A stretch of DNA of 64,000 nucleotides from Mizuhopecten yessoensis. Its lineage: Eukaryota. Position 1 is the stretch's first letter; each line of letters begins with the position of its first letter. The stretch covers positions 215,800 through 279,799 of the forward strand of contig NW_018408489.1 of NCBI RefSeq assembly GCF_002113885.1, written 5' to 3'. Both the position numbers and the translations under genes were made by a program. This document shows positions 49,891-63,186 of the stretch, piece by piece. The notes beneath the pieces are model-generated. The model was not told the DNA's origin. It saw only the letters and a list, made by a program, of their open reading frames with translations, and searched no databases.

Positions 49891-52800
49891 TCAGCCAAAT
49901 ATAGGTGCCTCTTCTACCTCATGCAAAAGAAACCCGGAGAATGTGGTGAATCTGTCGTGGAGGAAGTTTCCGTAATTGTCCGCCTTTTCGACGTAGACAC
50001 TGTCCCCTGTGTTTAGTTGGACCAAGATAAGGTTCCCACCTATGTCAAAATAAGTTGAAAACGTAGATGCAAAATATGTATAAACATGAAGAGCCCTGTG
50101 AAGGGTGAAAGCAGCTAGTTTTTTAGCCGGTCGTTAAATCTTATATTTTCTATATTTACTTACTTCGCATGGACAAAGTAGTTTACAGTTGCAATTCCAA
50201 CCGTCGGCTGTCTTATCTAAACTGTCGATCGTATCGATTTAAAGCTGACAGTGCAAGTTAAAAAGCTTTCAATTTAGCATCGAACTGTTTTTGTATGGTA
50301 TTTATGATCTATTTGAATGACACAGCTTTGCAAGCAAGCAACATAATGCGTGCTAGCGCATTATGATTTGTTTGCTTGTAAATCTGTGTCATTCAAACAG
50401 ATCATAAATACCATACAAAACAGTTCAATACTTATATTTACGTTTCTCTGCCTCTTATGTTCTTTTTTAACTTATAATTTATAATTTAAAAATTAAAAAT
50501 GCCCGCCTTACCGACAGTCCACACAATTTCGTTCAATAGTTTGAACAGCGTATTGTCGCGTGCTGATTGGCGAACAAAGTAGTACTTTGAAATTTTAACA
50601 AACCCTTCATTTTATTCCACAATTCAGTATCAATAGAATTGCGTATGTTATGTATATAGGGTGATTTAAGTTTATCAATAGAACTCTGAGCTGAAAGTTA
50701 GATTTGAAATTGTTTCGATTTTTTCCCGGAACAAAATTCGCGCATGGACAAATACAGTGAACACCGTTAATCCGACCTTGCCCTCCACGAGGGAGTTAAT
50801 TCGAACTTTTCTCTTTGCTCATTTTGTGAAGAATCCAGGCGTGAATGTATTTGTTGATTGTATGGGAACCTGACAACAGTCGGTAGACTCTATAACAGCA
50901 TCGTTATTTGACATGTCGTCAGAAACTGAGGAACCGTGGATCCGAGACGCGTGAAACTGATAGCGTTTGAAGTGAGTGATCTTGCTGCGACGGAGCACAG
51001 AATCGTTACACATGTCTGAAATGTTTATGTGTGCTGTGACTCATATCAGTAGGTCTGTAACATATGTTTCAGTAGGTCTATAGAATATGTGTATTTCAGA
51101 CATTTGTAACGAACCCCTGTTGATCAGTGCAGTGTAACATACGATATTTCTGATAAATTGCATGAGCATTAAAATTGTTTCCATTGCCGGCATTGCAACC
51201 GATGTGCATTTTGTACGAGATTGCAGACCTTGGTCTTGTTTTCGTTGTAATAAAAGTGTTTTTTTTATTTCATTTTGTATTTTGCACATAAATTTACAAT
51301 GACATTGTCAAATCTCACAATGCCCAGCGATATTTCAGCAGCCGTCATGTTTATTTATATTGGATATTGTAGTTCCGGTCAGTGTTGTATTAATACGCTA
51401 AGAATTGTGTCTCGTGATGCATGGTAATTACAGTCCCATCAACGACACAGCTTTCAAAGAGGCTATATAGTGACAATGCCATGCAAATGTAAATATATGA
51501 GATTATTTTATTTTTTATTTTTTTCAAAATATTTTTTTTATGGTTTTGAGATCTTCCCTATATCTTCGGTTATCGTTTCTAAGGAAGTGCCGACATTTTG
51601 TTTTTTTCATTGCTTGGTAACGAGTATGGTTCTCGCTGGGTATAAAAAGCGCATAACTGCTTTAATTTTAACTTACTTAGATAAATGATATCTTTGATGT
51701 GTTCCATTTCAGTTTTAATCCAATGAACTGATACAAAATGTTGGTAAAAGGTAATGCGCTTTTTATACCCAGCGAGACCCATACTCGTTAAACCCCTGTC
51801 ACACTAGGGCCGCGTTCCCACGGCGTCCGAGAAAAATCCAGAACGCCGATCTGTGCGCAGTTGAATCGCAAGCATCGCCACGGCAACGCAGTGACATCGC
51901 CAGTGAACGCGGTGGGATCGCATAGAACGCCGAGCGACGGCGCTCACTTTGAGCATGCCCAAAACAAACGCCGTCGCTCGGTGTTCTGATAAGAGCGCAG
52001 CGGGGTCGCCGGAGCAGCGCAGTTAGGTCTCCTACAACGCCACATGATCGCCGCGGGCGCGCACAGAGGTCGCAGTGCGAACGCAATGGTTATCGGTGAC
52101 GCTTGCACGGCGATCGTACGACGTTCTCTGAGATGACACTGCGTCTCTACCGCGCTTATACGGCGCCGTGACAATTCAATGCACGCAGTGGACGCGCAGT
52201 AAGAGCGCCGTGAGAGCGCCATGAGAGCGCAGACAATCACCAACTATAACTCCGTAGGAACGCGGTAGAACGTCATGGAGCTTCGTTGGAACGCCAAGGT
52301 CGCCGTGAGAACGCCGTGACATCGACATCTTCATGAAAAAAATCAATTTTTCCTGCGATCTCACGGCGCTCTGCGAAATTTAACAACGCCGTGCAATCGC
52401 AGTGGAAACGCGGCTAGGTGTGACAGGGCTTTTACCAAGCAAGGACAAACTAAAATGTCGACACTTCCTTAGAAACGGCAAAAGGAATAGATGGGGAAAA
52501 TCTCTAAACCAGAAAAACATAAACCATAAAAAACCTCAATTGAAAGCTTTTTAAGTTGCACTGTCAGCTTTAAGATGTGTCTTCGATAACCAAGGGTTAA
52601 CCCTAACCCAGCCTATAAACATGAACGACGACTGTAAACGTTCCAGTGTAGATTGATGTTTCTCCGGTAGGAAGCCCCTGCTTAAAGTTATTGTTCGTCA
52701 AGGCGTTTTTGACAATAATAACCCGATACTAAGTGCATGTTCTACAGAACCGATTCAAAGCTGAGGAGGTTACATAAAAAGGGGCAATTAGAAGTTACCT

Positions 52801-54138
52801 TTTGTCGTAGACTGGTTAAAAATTGTATTTACACTTTCGAAAACCATTATATTGTGAGCACGTTAGTGTTGTTATTGCCTCTTGGAATTATTTAAAAGCG
52901 CTCTGACCTACCTGTACTACCTGCATGAGCATAACCGTCAGCCAGGCGGCTCCTTGATGACATCAGAGTTGTGTCGAGGGCGCTGGTACTGTCGGTCATC
53001 AGGTTCCAGTAAAAAACGTACACCCCGTCCAGTGGCACGACGAAAATACCGTTAGAGCTGTTGTAACCGTTACCATAGTTGAGATGGACTCTGTCATACA
53101 CGATCGGCTGGCCTCGGACGATCTTATGAAGATGGCTGCCCAACTCGGCGGAGAACGATACTCCATAGTTCGACAACACTCGCTTGTTTCCTGTAAAGGA
53201 GAAAATTGTTTCTTTAGCAATAATGTCATAATATGTTGGAGTATAAAGTAGCCCGATTTTAATCTGTCCCTGGCACCTGAATTAGACATTTTACCAGACA
53301 GTCAAGTCTGGTATCAGGGCAAGAGGAAAAATCGTTGGTGACATGTATCTGTCAAAATGTCTAAGTCTGGTGTCAGGGACAGAGGAAGCTCGGGCTAAGT
53401 ATCAAGGTCCAATTCTATAGGGGACAACATCAGACCCTTCTTACGATCATGTAGCACGACAGTCCAATCAATAACTCCTTATTCTCCCCTTATCTCACCT
53501 GGTAGATAAACCTGAAAATGTGCAATGTACCCTCCAAACAGCAACAGCAATTCCAACAGTAAAACTATGTTTTTCTGTATTACCTTCCACGATGAAATGA
53601 AGATTATGGTATAATTTTGTAATCTGTGATTGGCTAATAGGTGCACGTGACAAAATATTCCTTACTAATGTTTCTATTCAGTATTATCGGCACTAAAATC
53701 AAAAATAAGGCACGAGGAAGAACTCCACCTTGTCTACCTGTGCCAAACTAGTTTATATCGAGAAGATCAATGGATAAAATTTAGATACTAAGTCTTATAT
53801 ATGAGACAGCATTGTTTTTTTTTTATTACCGTAGCAACAAGTAAAATATAACTATTTCATAGAAAACTCATTGAAGTGTTTCGTTAATTAAAAAAATATG
53901 ATATGTGCTAAATGGGTATATCCAATCCCTACTTACGTTGTACGCCAGTGTTTGATTTTTGTCTTACTATGGCTTTGAGTTCTCGCATTTCCTCGGACAT
54001 TATTTCGTTGCTTTTCTTAAGTTCTGCCATTTCAGCTCTCATTTTCTCAAACTCCTGTAGGATGTGCTGGTCTGATTCGGCCGACACGCAAAGATGCAAG
54101 CCGATGGAAAAAAGAGCAAATTCAAACATCCTCACCAT
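49891..54138 (-). CDS. Secreted C1q-domain-containing protein, about 209 aa (exons 54138-53937, 53190-52912, 50039-49891)
   Basis: Signal peptide and coiled coil; VSFSAEL..IVYDRVHLNYGNGYNSSNGIFVVPLDGVYVFYW; GNLILVQLNTGDSVYVE..FTTFSGFLL; two phase-1 GT-AG introns give an open frame. Confidence 0.9.
50283..50426. mobile_element. Foldback hairpin MITE
   Basis: Near-perfect inverted arms of about 68 bp around tgctag. Confidence 0.65.
51535..52530. mobile_element. Foldback element with long inverted arms, split by the 51791-52431 insert
   Basis: gtttctaaggaagtgccgacatttt..gcttggtaacgagtatgg..aaaaagcgcat is mirrored at 51755-51790 plus 52432-52476. Confidence 0.7.
51791..52431. mobile_element. 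GC-rich PIF/Harbinger (Tourist-like) MITE
   Basis: TIRs AACCCCTGTCACAC / GTGTGACAGGGCTT; 3-bp TSD TTA. Confidence 0.8.
53249..53397. mobile_element. Small palindromic MITE in C1q intron 1
   Basis: tagcccga..tctgtccctggcacc..ttagacatttt mirrored by aaaatgtctaa..ggtgtcagggacaga..tcgggcta; no clear TSD. Confidence 0.5.
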
Positions 54139-54277
54139 TGTCACAGCGTATTGAATCTATGGACTATCTTACAATTTCTTAACCTATATTCACCTTACAA
54201 CCTATATGCACGCGTTATATGTGAATACTCAGCTGTTTGATAAGCATATACTTATGATTGTGATAGTGTCCCGGTAT

Positions 54278-57200
54278 TAAAGAGACAATGTTTAACACAG
54301 GTAAAGAGACAATGTGTTCTGGAGGTAAAGAGACAATGTGTTCTGGGGGTAAAGAGACAATGTGTTCTGGAGGTAAAGAGACAATGTGTTCCGAAGGTTT
54401 AGAGACAATGTGTTACATAGGTAAAGAGACAATGTGTAATATAGGTGGGGGAAACAATGTGTTCTGGAGGCAAAGAGACAATGTGTTCTAAAGGTTAAGA
54501 GACAATGTGTGAAGTTTTAGAGACAATGTGTTACAAAGGTTAAGAGACAATGTGTGAAGTTTTAGAGACAATGTGTTACAAAGGTTAAGAGACAATATGT
54601 AACATAGGTAAAGAGTCAATGTGTTCTTGAGGTAAAGAGACAATGAGTTCTTGAGGGAAAGAGACAATATGTTCCGACGGTTAAGAGACAATGTGTAACA
54701 TAGGTAGAGAAACAATGTGTTCTGGAGGTAAAGAGACAATGTATAACATAGGTAAAGAGACAATGTGTTCTTGAGGTAAAGAGACAATATGTTCCGAAGG
54801 TTAAGAGACAATGTGTAACATAGGTAAAGAAACAATGTGTAATATAGGTTAAAAAAACAATGTGTTCTGGAGGTAAAAAAACAACATGTTCTGGAGGTTA
54901 AGAGACAATGTGTTCCGAAGGTTAAGAGACAATGTGTAACATAGGTAAATAGACAATGTGTAACATAGGTAAAGAGACACTGTGTTCTGGAGGTAAAGAG
55001 ACAATGTGTTCTGTAGGTAAAGAGACAATGTGTTCTGGAGGTAAAGAAACAATGTGTTATGGAGGTAAAGAGACAATGTATTACATAGATAAAGAGACAA
55101 TTTGTTACATAGGTAAAGAAACAATGGTTTCTGGGGGTAAAGAAACAATGTGTTCTGGAGGTAAAGAAACAATGTGTTATGGAGGTAAAGAGACAATGTG
55201 TAACATAGGTAAAGAGACAATGGGTTCTGGAGGTAAAGAGACAATGTGTTCCGAAGGTTTAGAGACAATGTGTTACATAGGTAAAGAGACAATGTGTAAT
55301 ATAGGTTAAAAAAACAATGTGTTCTGGAGGTAAAAAACAATATGTTCTGGAGGTTAAGAGACAATGTGTTCCAAAGGTTAAGAGACAATGTGAAACATAG
55401 GTAAAGAGACAATGTGTAACATACGTAAAGAGCCAATGTGTTCTGGAGGTAAAGAGACAATGTGTTCTGGGGGTAAAGAGACAATGTGTTCTGGAGGTAA
55501 CGAGACAATGTGTAACATAGCTAAAGAGACAATGTGTTCTGGAGGAAAAGAGACAATGTGTTCTGGTGGTAAAGAGACAATGTGTTCCAAAGGATAAGAG
55601 ACGATGTGTAACATAAGTAAAGAGCCAATGTGTAACATACGTAAAGAGACAATGTGTTCTGGAGGTAAAGAGACAATGCGTTCTGGAGGTAAAGAGACAA
55701 TGTGTTCCAAAGGATAAGAGACGATGTGTAACATAGGTAAAGAGACAATGTGTAACATAGCTAAAGAGACAATGTGTTCTGGAGGTAAAGAAACAATGTG
55801 TTCTGGAGGTAAAGAAACAATGTGTTCTGGAGGTAAAGAAACAATGTGTTCTGGAGGTTCTGGAGGTAAAGAGACAATGTGTAACATAGGAAAAGAGACA
55901 ATGTGTTCTGGAGGTAAAGAGACAATGTGTAACATAGGTAGAGAAACAATGTGTTCGGGAGGTAAAGAGACAATGTGTAACATAGGTAGAGAAACAATGT
56001 GTTCTGGAGGTAAAGAGACAATGTGTTCTGGAGGTAAAGAGACAATGTGTTCCAAAGGATAAGAGACGATGTGTAACATAGGTAAAGAGACAATGTGTAA
56101 CATACGTAAAGAGACAATGTGTTCTGGAGGTAAAGAGACAATGTGTAACATAGCTAAAGAGACAATGTGTTCTGGAGGTAAAGAGACAATGTGTTCTGAA
56201 GGTTAAGAGCCAAGGTGTTACTAAGGAAAGGGACAATGTGTAACATAGGTAAAAAAACAATGCGTTCTAGAGGCAAAGAGATAATGTGTTCCGAAAGTTA
56301 AGAGACAATGTGTTACATAAGTAAAAAGAGACAATGTGTTACATAGGTAAAGAGACAATGTGTAATATAGGTTAAAAAAACCAATGTGTTCTGGAGGTAA
56401 AAAAACAATGTGTTCTGGAGGTTAAGAGACAATGTGTTCCAAAGGTTAAGAGACAATGTGTTCCGAAGGTTAAGAGACAATGTGTAACATAGTTAAAGAG
56501 ACAATGTGTAATATAGGTTACAAAAACCAATGTGTTCTGGAGAAGAGACAATGTGTAACATAGTTAAAGAGACAATGTGTTCTGGAGGTAAAGAGACAAT
56601 GTGTAACATAGGTAAAGAGACAATGTGTTCTGGAGGTAAAGAGACAATTTGTTCTCGAGGTAAAGAGACAATGTGTTCTGGAGGTTAAGAGACAATGTGT
56701 TCCGAAGGTTAAGAGACAATGTGTAACATAGGTTAAGAGACAATGTGTTCTGGAGGTAAAGAGACAATGTGTTCTGGAGGTTAAGAGACAATGTGTTCCG
56801 AAGGTTAAGAGACAATGTCTTACTAAGGAAAGAAACAATTTGTAATATAGGTAAAAAAAACGATGTGTTCTAGAAGCAAAGAGCCAATGTGTTCCGAAGG
56901 TTAAGAGACAATGTGTTACATAGGTAAAAAGAGACAATGTGTTACATAGATAAAGAGACAATGTGTTCTGGAGGTAAAGAAACAATGTATTCTGGAGGTA
57001 AAGAGACAATGTGTTACATATGTAAAGAGACAATGTGTTCTGGAGGTAAAGAAACAATGTGTTCTGGAGGTAAAGAAACAATGTGTTATGGAGGTAAAGA
57101 GACAATGTATTACATAGATAAAGAGACAATTTGTTACATAGGTAAAGAAACAATGTTTTCTGGGGGTAAAGAAACAATGTGTTCTGGAGGTAAAGAAACA

Positions 57201-58640
57201 ATGTGTTCTGGAGGTAAAGAAACAATGTGTTATGGAGGTAAAGAGACAATGTGTTACATAGATAAAGAGACGATTTGTTACATAGGTAAAGAGACAATGT
57301 GTTCTGGGGGTTTCTTCAATGTGTTCTGGAGGTAAAGAAACAATGTGTTATGGAGGTAAAGAGACAATGTGTTACATAGATAAAGTGACAATTTGTTACA
57401 TAAGTAAAGAGACAATGTGTTCTGGAGGTAAAGAGACAAAATCGCCCGCAGGCTCTAAGAGACAATGTTGGTTCTGTATGTTGTAAAGAGACGATATGTT
57501 CCGCGTAGGTTAGAGACAATATTTGCCTCGGAGGTTAGAGATGTGTTCCGCGTAGGTTAGAGACAATATTTGCCTCGGAGGTTAGAGACAAAGTGTTCCG
57601 CGGAGGTTAGAGACAATGTGTTCCGCGGAGGTTAGAGACAATGTGTTCCGCGGAGGTTAGAGACGATATGTTCCGCGGAGGTTAGAGACGATATGTTCGG
57701 CGGAGGTTAGAACAATGTGTTCCACAGAGGTTAGAGATGATATGTTACGCGGAGGTTAGAGACAATGTGTTCCGCGGAGGTTAGAGACAATGTGTTCCGC
57801 GGAGGTTAGAGACAATGTGTTCCGCGGAGGTAAGAGACAATGTGTTCCGCGGAGGTTATAGACAATGTGTTACGCGGAGGTTAGAGACAATGTGTTCCGC
57901 GGAGGTTATAGACAATGTGTTCCGCGGAGGTTAGAGACGATATGTTACACGGAGGTTAGAGACAATGTGTTCCGCGGAGGTTAGAGACGATATGTTACAC
58001 GGAGGTTAGAGACAATGTGTTCCGCGGAGGTTAGAGACGATATGTTCCGCGGAGGTTAGAGACGATATGTTTCGCGGAGGTTAGAGACAATGTGTTCCGC
58101 GGAGGATAGAGACAGTGTGTTCCGCCGAGGTTAGAGACGATATGTTTCGCGGAGGTAAGAAACAATGTGTTCCTCGGAGGTTAGAGACAATGTGTTCCGC
58201 GCAGGTTATAGACAATGTGTTCCGCGGAGGTTAGAGACAGTGTGTTCCGCGGAGGTTAGAGACATTAAGTTCCGCGGAGGTTAGAGACAATGTGTTCCAA
58301 GGGAAAACAGAAAATATGTTCCGGAGGTAAACAGTAAATTTTTTCCATATAGGTAAAATGCTATATTTGTTCCATAGGTAAATAGACAATAATAGATTAT
58401 TTTTCGAAAGTTAAAAGAAACGTTTACTTGAGGTTTAGAGAAAATGATATCCGGAGGTAAAGAGACAAAATGTTCAGGGTAGTAAAGATACATTATGCTT
58501 TGGAGGTAAAGAGACAATGTCTTCCGAAGATAAGGAGAAAAAGCGTTCCGGATATTAGATAAAATGTGTTCCTTAGGTTAAGACGTAATGATAGATTTGT
58601 GTTACTTAGGTCAAGAAACAATGTGTTCTGGAGGTGAAAA
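54278..58640. repeat. 4.3-kb minisatellite: 24-bp units to about 57440, 25-bp CpG-containing units 57500-58295, then a decayed tail
   Basis: (gtaaagagacaatgtgttctggag)n and (ttagagacaatgtgttccgcggagg)n. Confidence 0.97.
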
Positions 58641-61600
58641 GAAAATATGTTTCATATAGGTTCTAAATCAATATCAAATCTGATTCTGTCAATGATTTGG
58701 AATAAAATTGAAGAGATTTAAAGCCGAATACTGTTTTCAATATTTCCATTTGATGTTTTTATCGTTTGACATGATTCAAGTGTGTTACAAGAAAAAACTC
58801 TTGAGGACAAAATCCATGCTTGAGCATTAGAACGGTTTCGTGAAACTGGATCTAACTTGAAATGGTATACGTCTAGCCTCGAAATTGTAATCATTCAGAT
58901 TTCAAGATATTGAAATACAATTCGTGAAAAATATTCGGTTGTAAGTTGTAAGTTGTAACTATGAACTCAGCAGCGTTTAGAAATTAGTGAGCGATTTTAG
59001 ACGGCAATTTTTTGACCAAATGGGAAGGTGTAATATGAAAATCTTTAAAAATCCTAATCAACAGGACTGTGTGTAACTGTACACATGTGTATGTTGACTT
59101 GTATACACGTGTGACATCTCTCTTTAAAAGAACGTCTGACCGTGTCAGCGCCAACAGGTATAAACCCGTACAAAGATTAGTGTACTTATTGTGATTTGTA
59201 GGATTACCAGATCAGAAGTTGAATGGCATATTAACATAATATATATGAAGTACACTATGACATAAGACATGAATTCTCTTTTTCTGGGCTTCCGTTTCGT
59301 CCACATACATGCGCTTATACCAAATATATATATACTCTTTTATATTAGCTTTACAGGACCCAAACGGTACCCGTTGTTTATCACGTGACTGGAATCTTGT
59401 TTGTTTGCGTGAGTGGTTTTACGTCCGCTTTACGACAGGGTAGTTCGGTTCTGTCACATTCAGCACTTTCCGTATGCGAGAAAAAGTACATTTACGGAAA
59501 GTGCCGATGGTTCCCGATAGGAATCTGTCATTTGATCAGATCAATTTCGCCATAATAATGTCATATTGATCATTATATTTACTCAGACATGTGTGGTTCC
59601 GCAGTGACCTTAAGTGTTGACCATTTATTACCAGATATTGATTATAAACGAGTCAATAGATATATCTAGTTGACATGTAAACACGGACTTCGATCTAGTT
59701 CTGCGATATAAGCAACAGTGGCATTATAACTTCACTTGCATAATATTACCACATGTATACATGTATAGGAAAAGTTGGTCAATAGTTGACCTCAATTCAC
59801 GTGTAATGTCATGCACCATTATCTCCAGTGATCTTTGGTCACAATATTTTTCGTGTAAATGTACCCTAACGCTTTATGGCACGGAATTAGAATATGTGCT
59901 ATTTAAGTCCATGTTTAATGTCACTATTGCCAGAGACGTAATATGTACAAAGTATGGGGAATGCATTTGCTTTGTTTCTTATCCAAATAAATGCGTTTTT
60001 GTTTAAATTACATGAAATAGTTTCTGTTTTCAAGTATTTATTTTTGGCGGGTGGTTATGAGAAGAGGATGGGGGGGGGGGGCATTTGAGTTCGGTTTTCA
60101 TCATCACCCTTCCGGCAGGTAAGTTTTTATTTTTACACTGTTATAGCACGGAATTAGATTGTTATCTAAGTCTGTGGTTATAGCCCCCGATTATATTATG
60201 TTTATATATTCACACTTTAATACAATATCACTCCCAGCAAATACTTATAATATGTATATTTATGTACGTCTCTCCTCTCAGGTATCGTATTCATGATAGG
60301 TAGCGTATATAATGAGTAATTAAGATAATTGTAGAATAATTAAGAATTATAATTGGCCGTGTTTGTAAGAAGGGAGATGACTCTTTAACACACTCACGCG
60401 CTGCGCTATCCCGTACACACATAGCTGACGGGACGAGACACGTTTTTAATCTACTATATAAATAAAACACACGCACAACGCTGTGTTCATAATCACATTT
60501 ATCAATACATGACGTATTACATATATAACTGACGGGTGTAAGTGATCGCATTATATTTAGTTTTAGGTGGACACAAGGTCTCAAATAATGACATTTACAC
60601 TGTAGTGATCGAATACCAGCCTATTTGCAGCAGGTATACGTTATGTCAAAACTCATGTCGTGTAGTTCTAGGTGAAATTAAACTTGAAATCGGAGTAAGT
60701 TCTGGGCTTAAGTTGTCAGGGACGACATGTAAACAACAGTTATACACACGTACACACACTCTGATATTACTCGTGGTCATTGATCTGTGACACCGGCGAG
60801 CTTGGACACATTGACCAATGTCTGGACATGGTCAGTGCTAGGTGAAATGATATTCCTATAAACATCAGCGGACACACCCTCCGTGATCAGGTATGTACAA
60901 CACCTTTTTGGTCAGGTAAATAATCGTTTACTTATTACTGTAAATAGTGATATTCTTTTATTATATAATTTAATAGTTTGTATATTTAAATCCGGATTTA
61001 GCTGCACGAACAGTGGCGATGTCAATTTTAGCTTGGGTATTGTAAATGAGTAAGCTTACACTGATCAATGTGGTGTGTTAACTAAACGTACTGTGGAACA
61101 TGCTGAACATGAAAATATAGGCACAAAGATAATGTCATTATATCATGAAAAAACACATCAACCTAAAATACGATGTACATGTATATATTAAGTCAAGTAA
61201 CTTCGATTAATGTCGTAGCTTGACTACCATGGAATTATGTCATAAATGTGGGTTTTTATATCAAGACCCAATGACACATCTAGTGCTACAGTGTACTTAT
61301 ACTTCCGAGTTGAGGGACCAACTATATATGGTGCTGTATAATTAATATCAAGGATATACTGTTTAGTATCTATTTACACTCTCTCCCAGATCATGAGATA
61401 TTACAAATAATGATTGGAGGAAATATAACCTACAACATTAGTGAGGAAGAGTTGAATGATTTCAGGATAAAACTCATCATTTATGTGTACAAGATGTGTA
61501 AACTATATTATACTTAATGTATATAATAGTTATGATTAAAAGTTTTGAATACATACATATCTAATGTAGAATTTCTTTAAGTTATGTGCACTTAGTAAAA

Positions 61601-62207
61601 GATATCACATGAGATACTATATGAACTATACTACATATTAAGATGCATGGGAGTATACATATGTGGGCCCGTAACACCTCGCAGGTAGGGATATCCCCCA
61701 CCCTTATGTGATCCAGACCCACAGATGTATCTTCCGCGTTTATAGTTAGTATGTTACAATAACGTCTGTATTGCATGTATTAACAAATACAACGATACAT
61801 TGATTTATATACATAGTCATGTGTAAGTATTACGTATCACTTATCAATACAATTTATTATAATTTACTTGGCTTGTGCAAATCAATTTACAATCTGTATA
61901 TTGAAACTTTTTAGGTTTACTCTAAAATATTCTCTTATTTTACACCTTATATCCACATCCCTATATATAAAGTGTATATTTATGTAATGCATATTATGTA
62001 TTCGTGTATATATGTACCAAATACTTCGTATATATGTTCCACATTACTTTGTAATCTTCATCTTTGGAGGAAATAAAGAGAATAATATACATTACATGTA
62101 CAAACATGAACACACGCCCCCATGGGTGTTTACAACCGTTCATTGACTTAAATTTTCCCGCTGGAAAGCTTTCAAATTAAAACACTGAAGTTAAAAAAAT
62201 TCCTTAA

Positions 62208-62567
62208 GGATCCCTGTCCCATGCAGTGTTGCTGTAAAACTCTTCTTTGACTCCCACTGAAGTTTTTCATGCATACAGTTACCTCCCCTTATATTTGTCT
62301 TTGTCTTGTGTGTGTGTGTGTGTGTGTGGGGGNCAAAATAATGATCGGAGGTCTGGAGTCAAATCTATATGATACTCCTGTTAAATTTTCACTCTTAGAA
62401 TCATGGTGTTGACTATATTTCATCTATATTAGTATTAAAAAAAATCATTTCAAACAGTTGAAGTTCCAAAAGATAGGGAATTCTTTTCCAAAATATGTTT
62501 TGATGCTAGAAAATAAATTTCCAATTCATAGTAAAAGTAAAAAGGTTTGGTAGTGGTGCGGGGACCC
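62208..62567. mobile_element. Possible Kolobok-type MITE
   Basis: TTAA flanks with imperfect TIRs ggatccctg / cggggaccc. Confidence 0.4.
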
Positions 62568-63186
62568 TTAAGTAAAGTTAAGAAATGTACCTTGTACCAT
62601 ATTTATTTGGATTTCTTGGCATTTATGAAGACTGACTGTTGCAATGTTATCAATATAGTTAGTACTGTTCAGTTATCTCGTAACTCTACTTCTACGTTCC
62701 TTGTTAAACGCTATTTGTTTTTCTATGTTAGCTTGGTATTATTTCAAGATAAACTGTTTACAAAATATCGTCTGTACAACTTTAACGAACATTGGAAAAG
62801 TCAAAATTGATCTGCCCTCATTGCAAATATTTGGGCCTCATTTTCTCTCGTCACTGCTAAGTGTCATAGTTATCTCCCTTCATAGAAACGATAGCTAAGA
62901 AACGACTGGGACAAAATGCAAAACTGAGCATCAAAATGAATTCGATTCTTAAAGAAAAGAAAACGGCTAATATCAATTTCCTATTAATTTTATTCATAAA
63001 AGTAAAATAGGAAAACAAAACATACCACAGCCTAACCTTACAACGACAAAATCCGAGTGAAAATAAAAATAAAAACGAAAACAAATGGACTGAGGCGAAA
63101 TGAGCGTGTTTACGTGCAGTTGTCTGTATTTTCGGGTTTTTTTCATAAAATGATTCAATATTTGTTTTATTAATTTCAGGTCCAAA

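Larger units (their letters stand above)
50243..52569. mobile_element. Kolobok-type non-autonomous element in C1q intron 2
   Basis: 32-bp TIRs AGCTGACAGTGCAAGTTAAAAAGCTTTCAATT (1 mismatch); TTAA TSDs. Confidence 0.85.

Noticed and set aside
51799-52364. GC-rich ORFs
   Set aside because: They lie inside a 641-bp MITE and show no recognisable domain
52575-52670. Apparent C1q-like last exon (TGTFTVVVHV..WVRV) on the minus strand
   Set aside because: No AG acceptor and the frame breaks; the proper terminal exon is 50039-49891
54278-58300. CRISPR-like look and long ORFs (GGKETMCS, LQNTLSLY, TSRTHCLF repeats)
   Set aside because: Spacers are only 8-11 nt and reused, there are no cas genes and the context is eukaryotic; the ORFs arise from a 24-bp unit lacking stops in several frames
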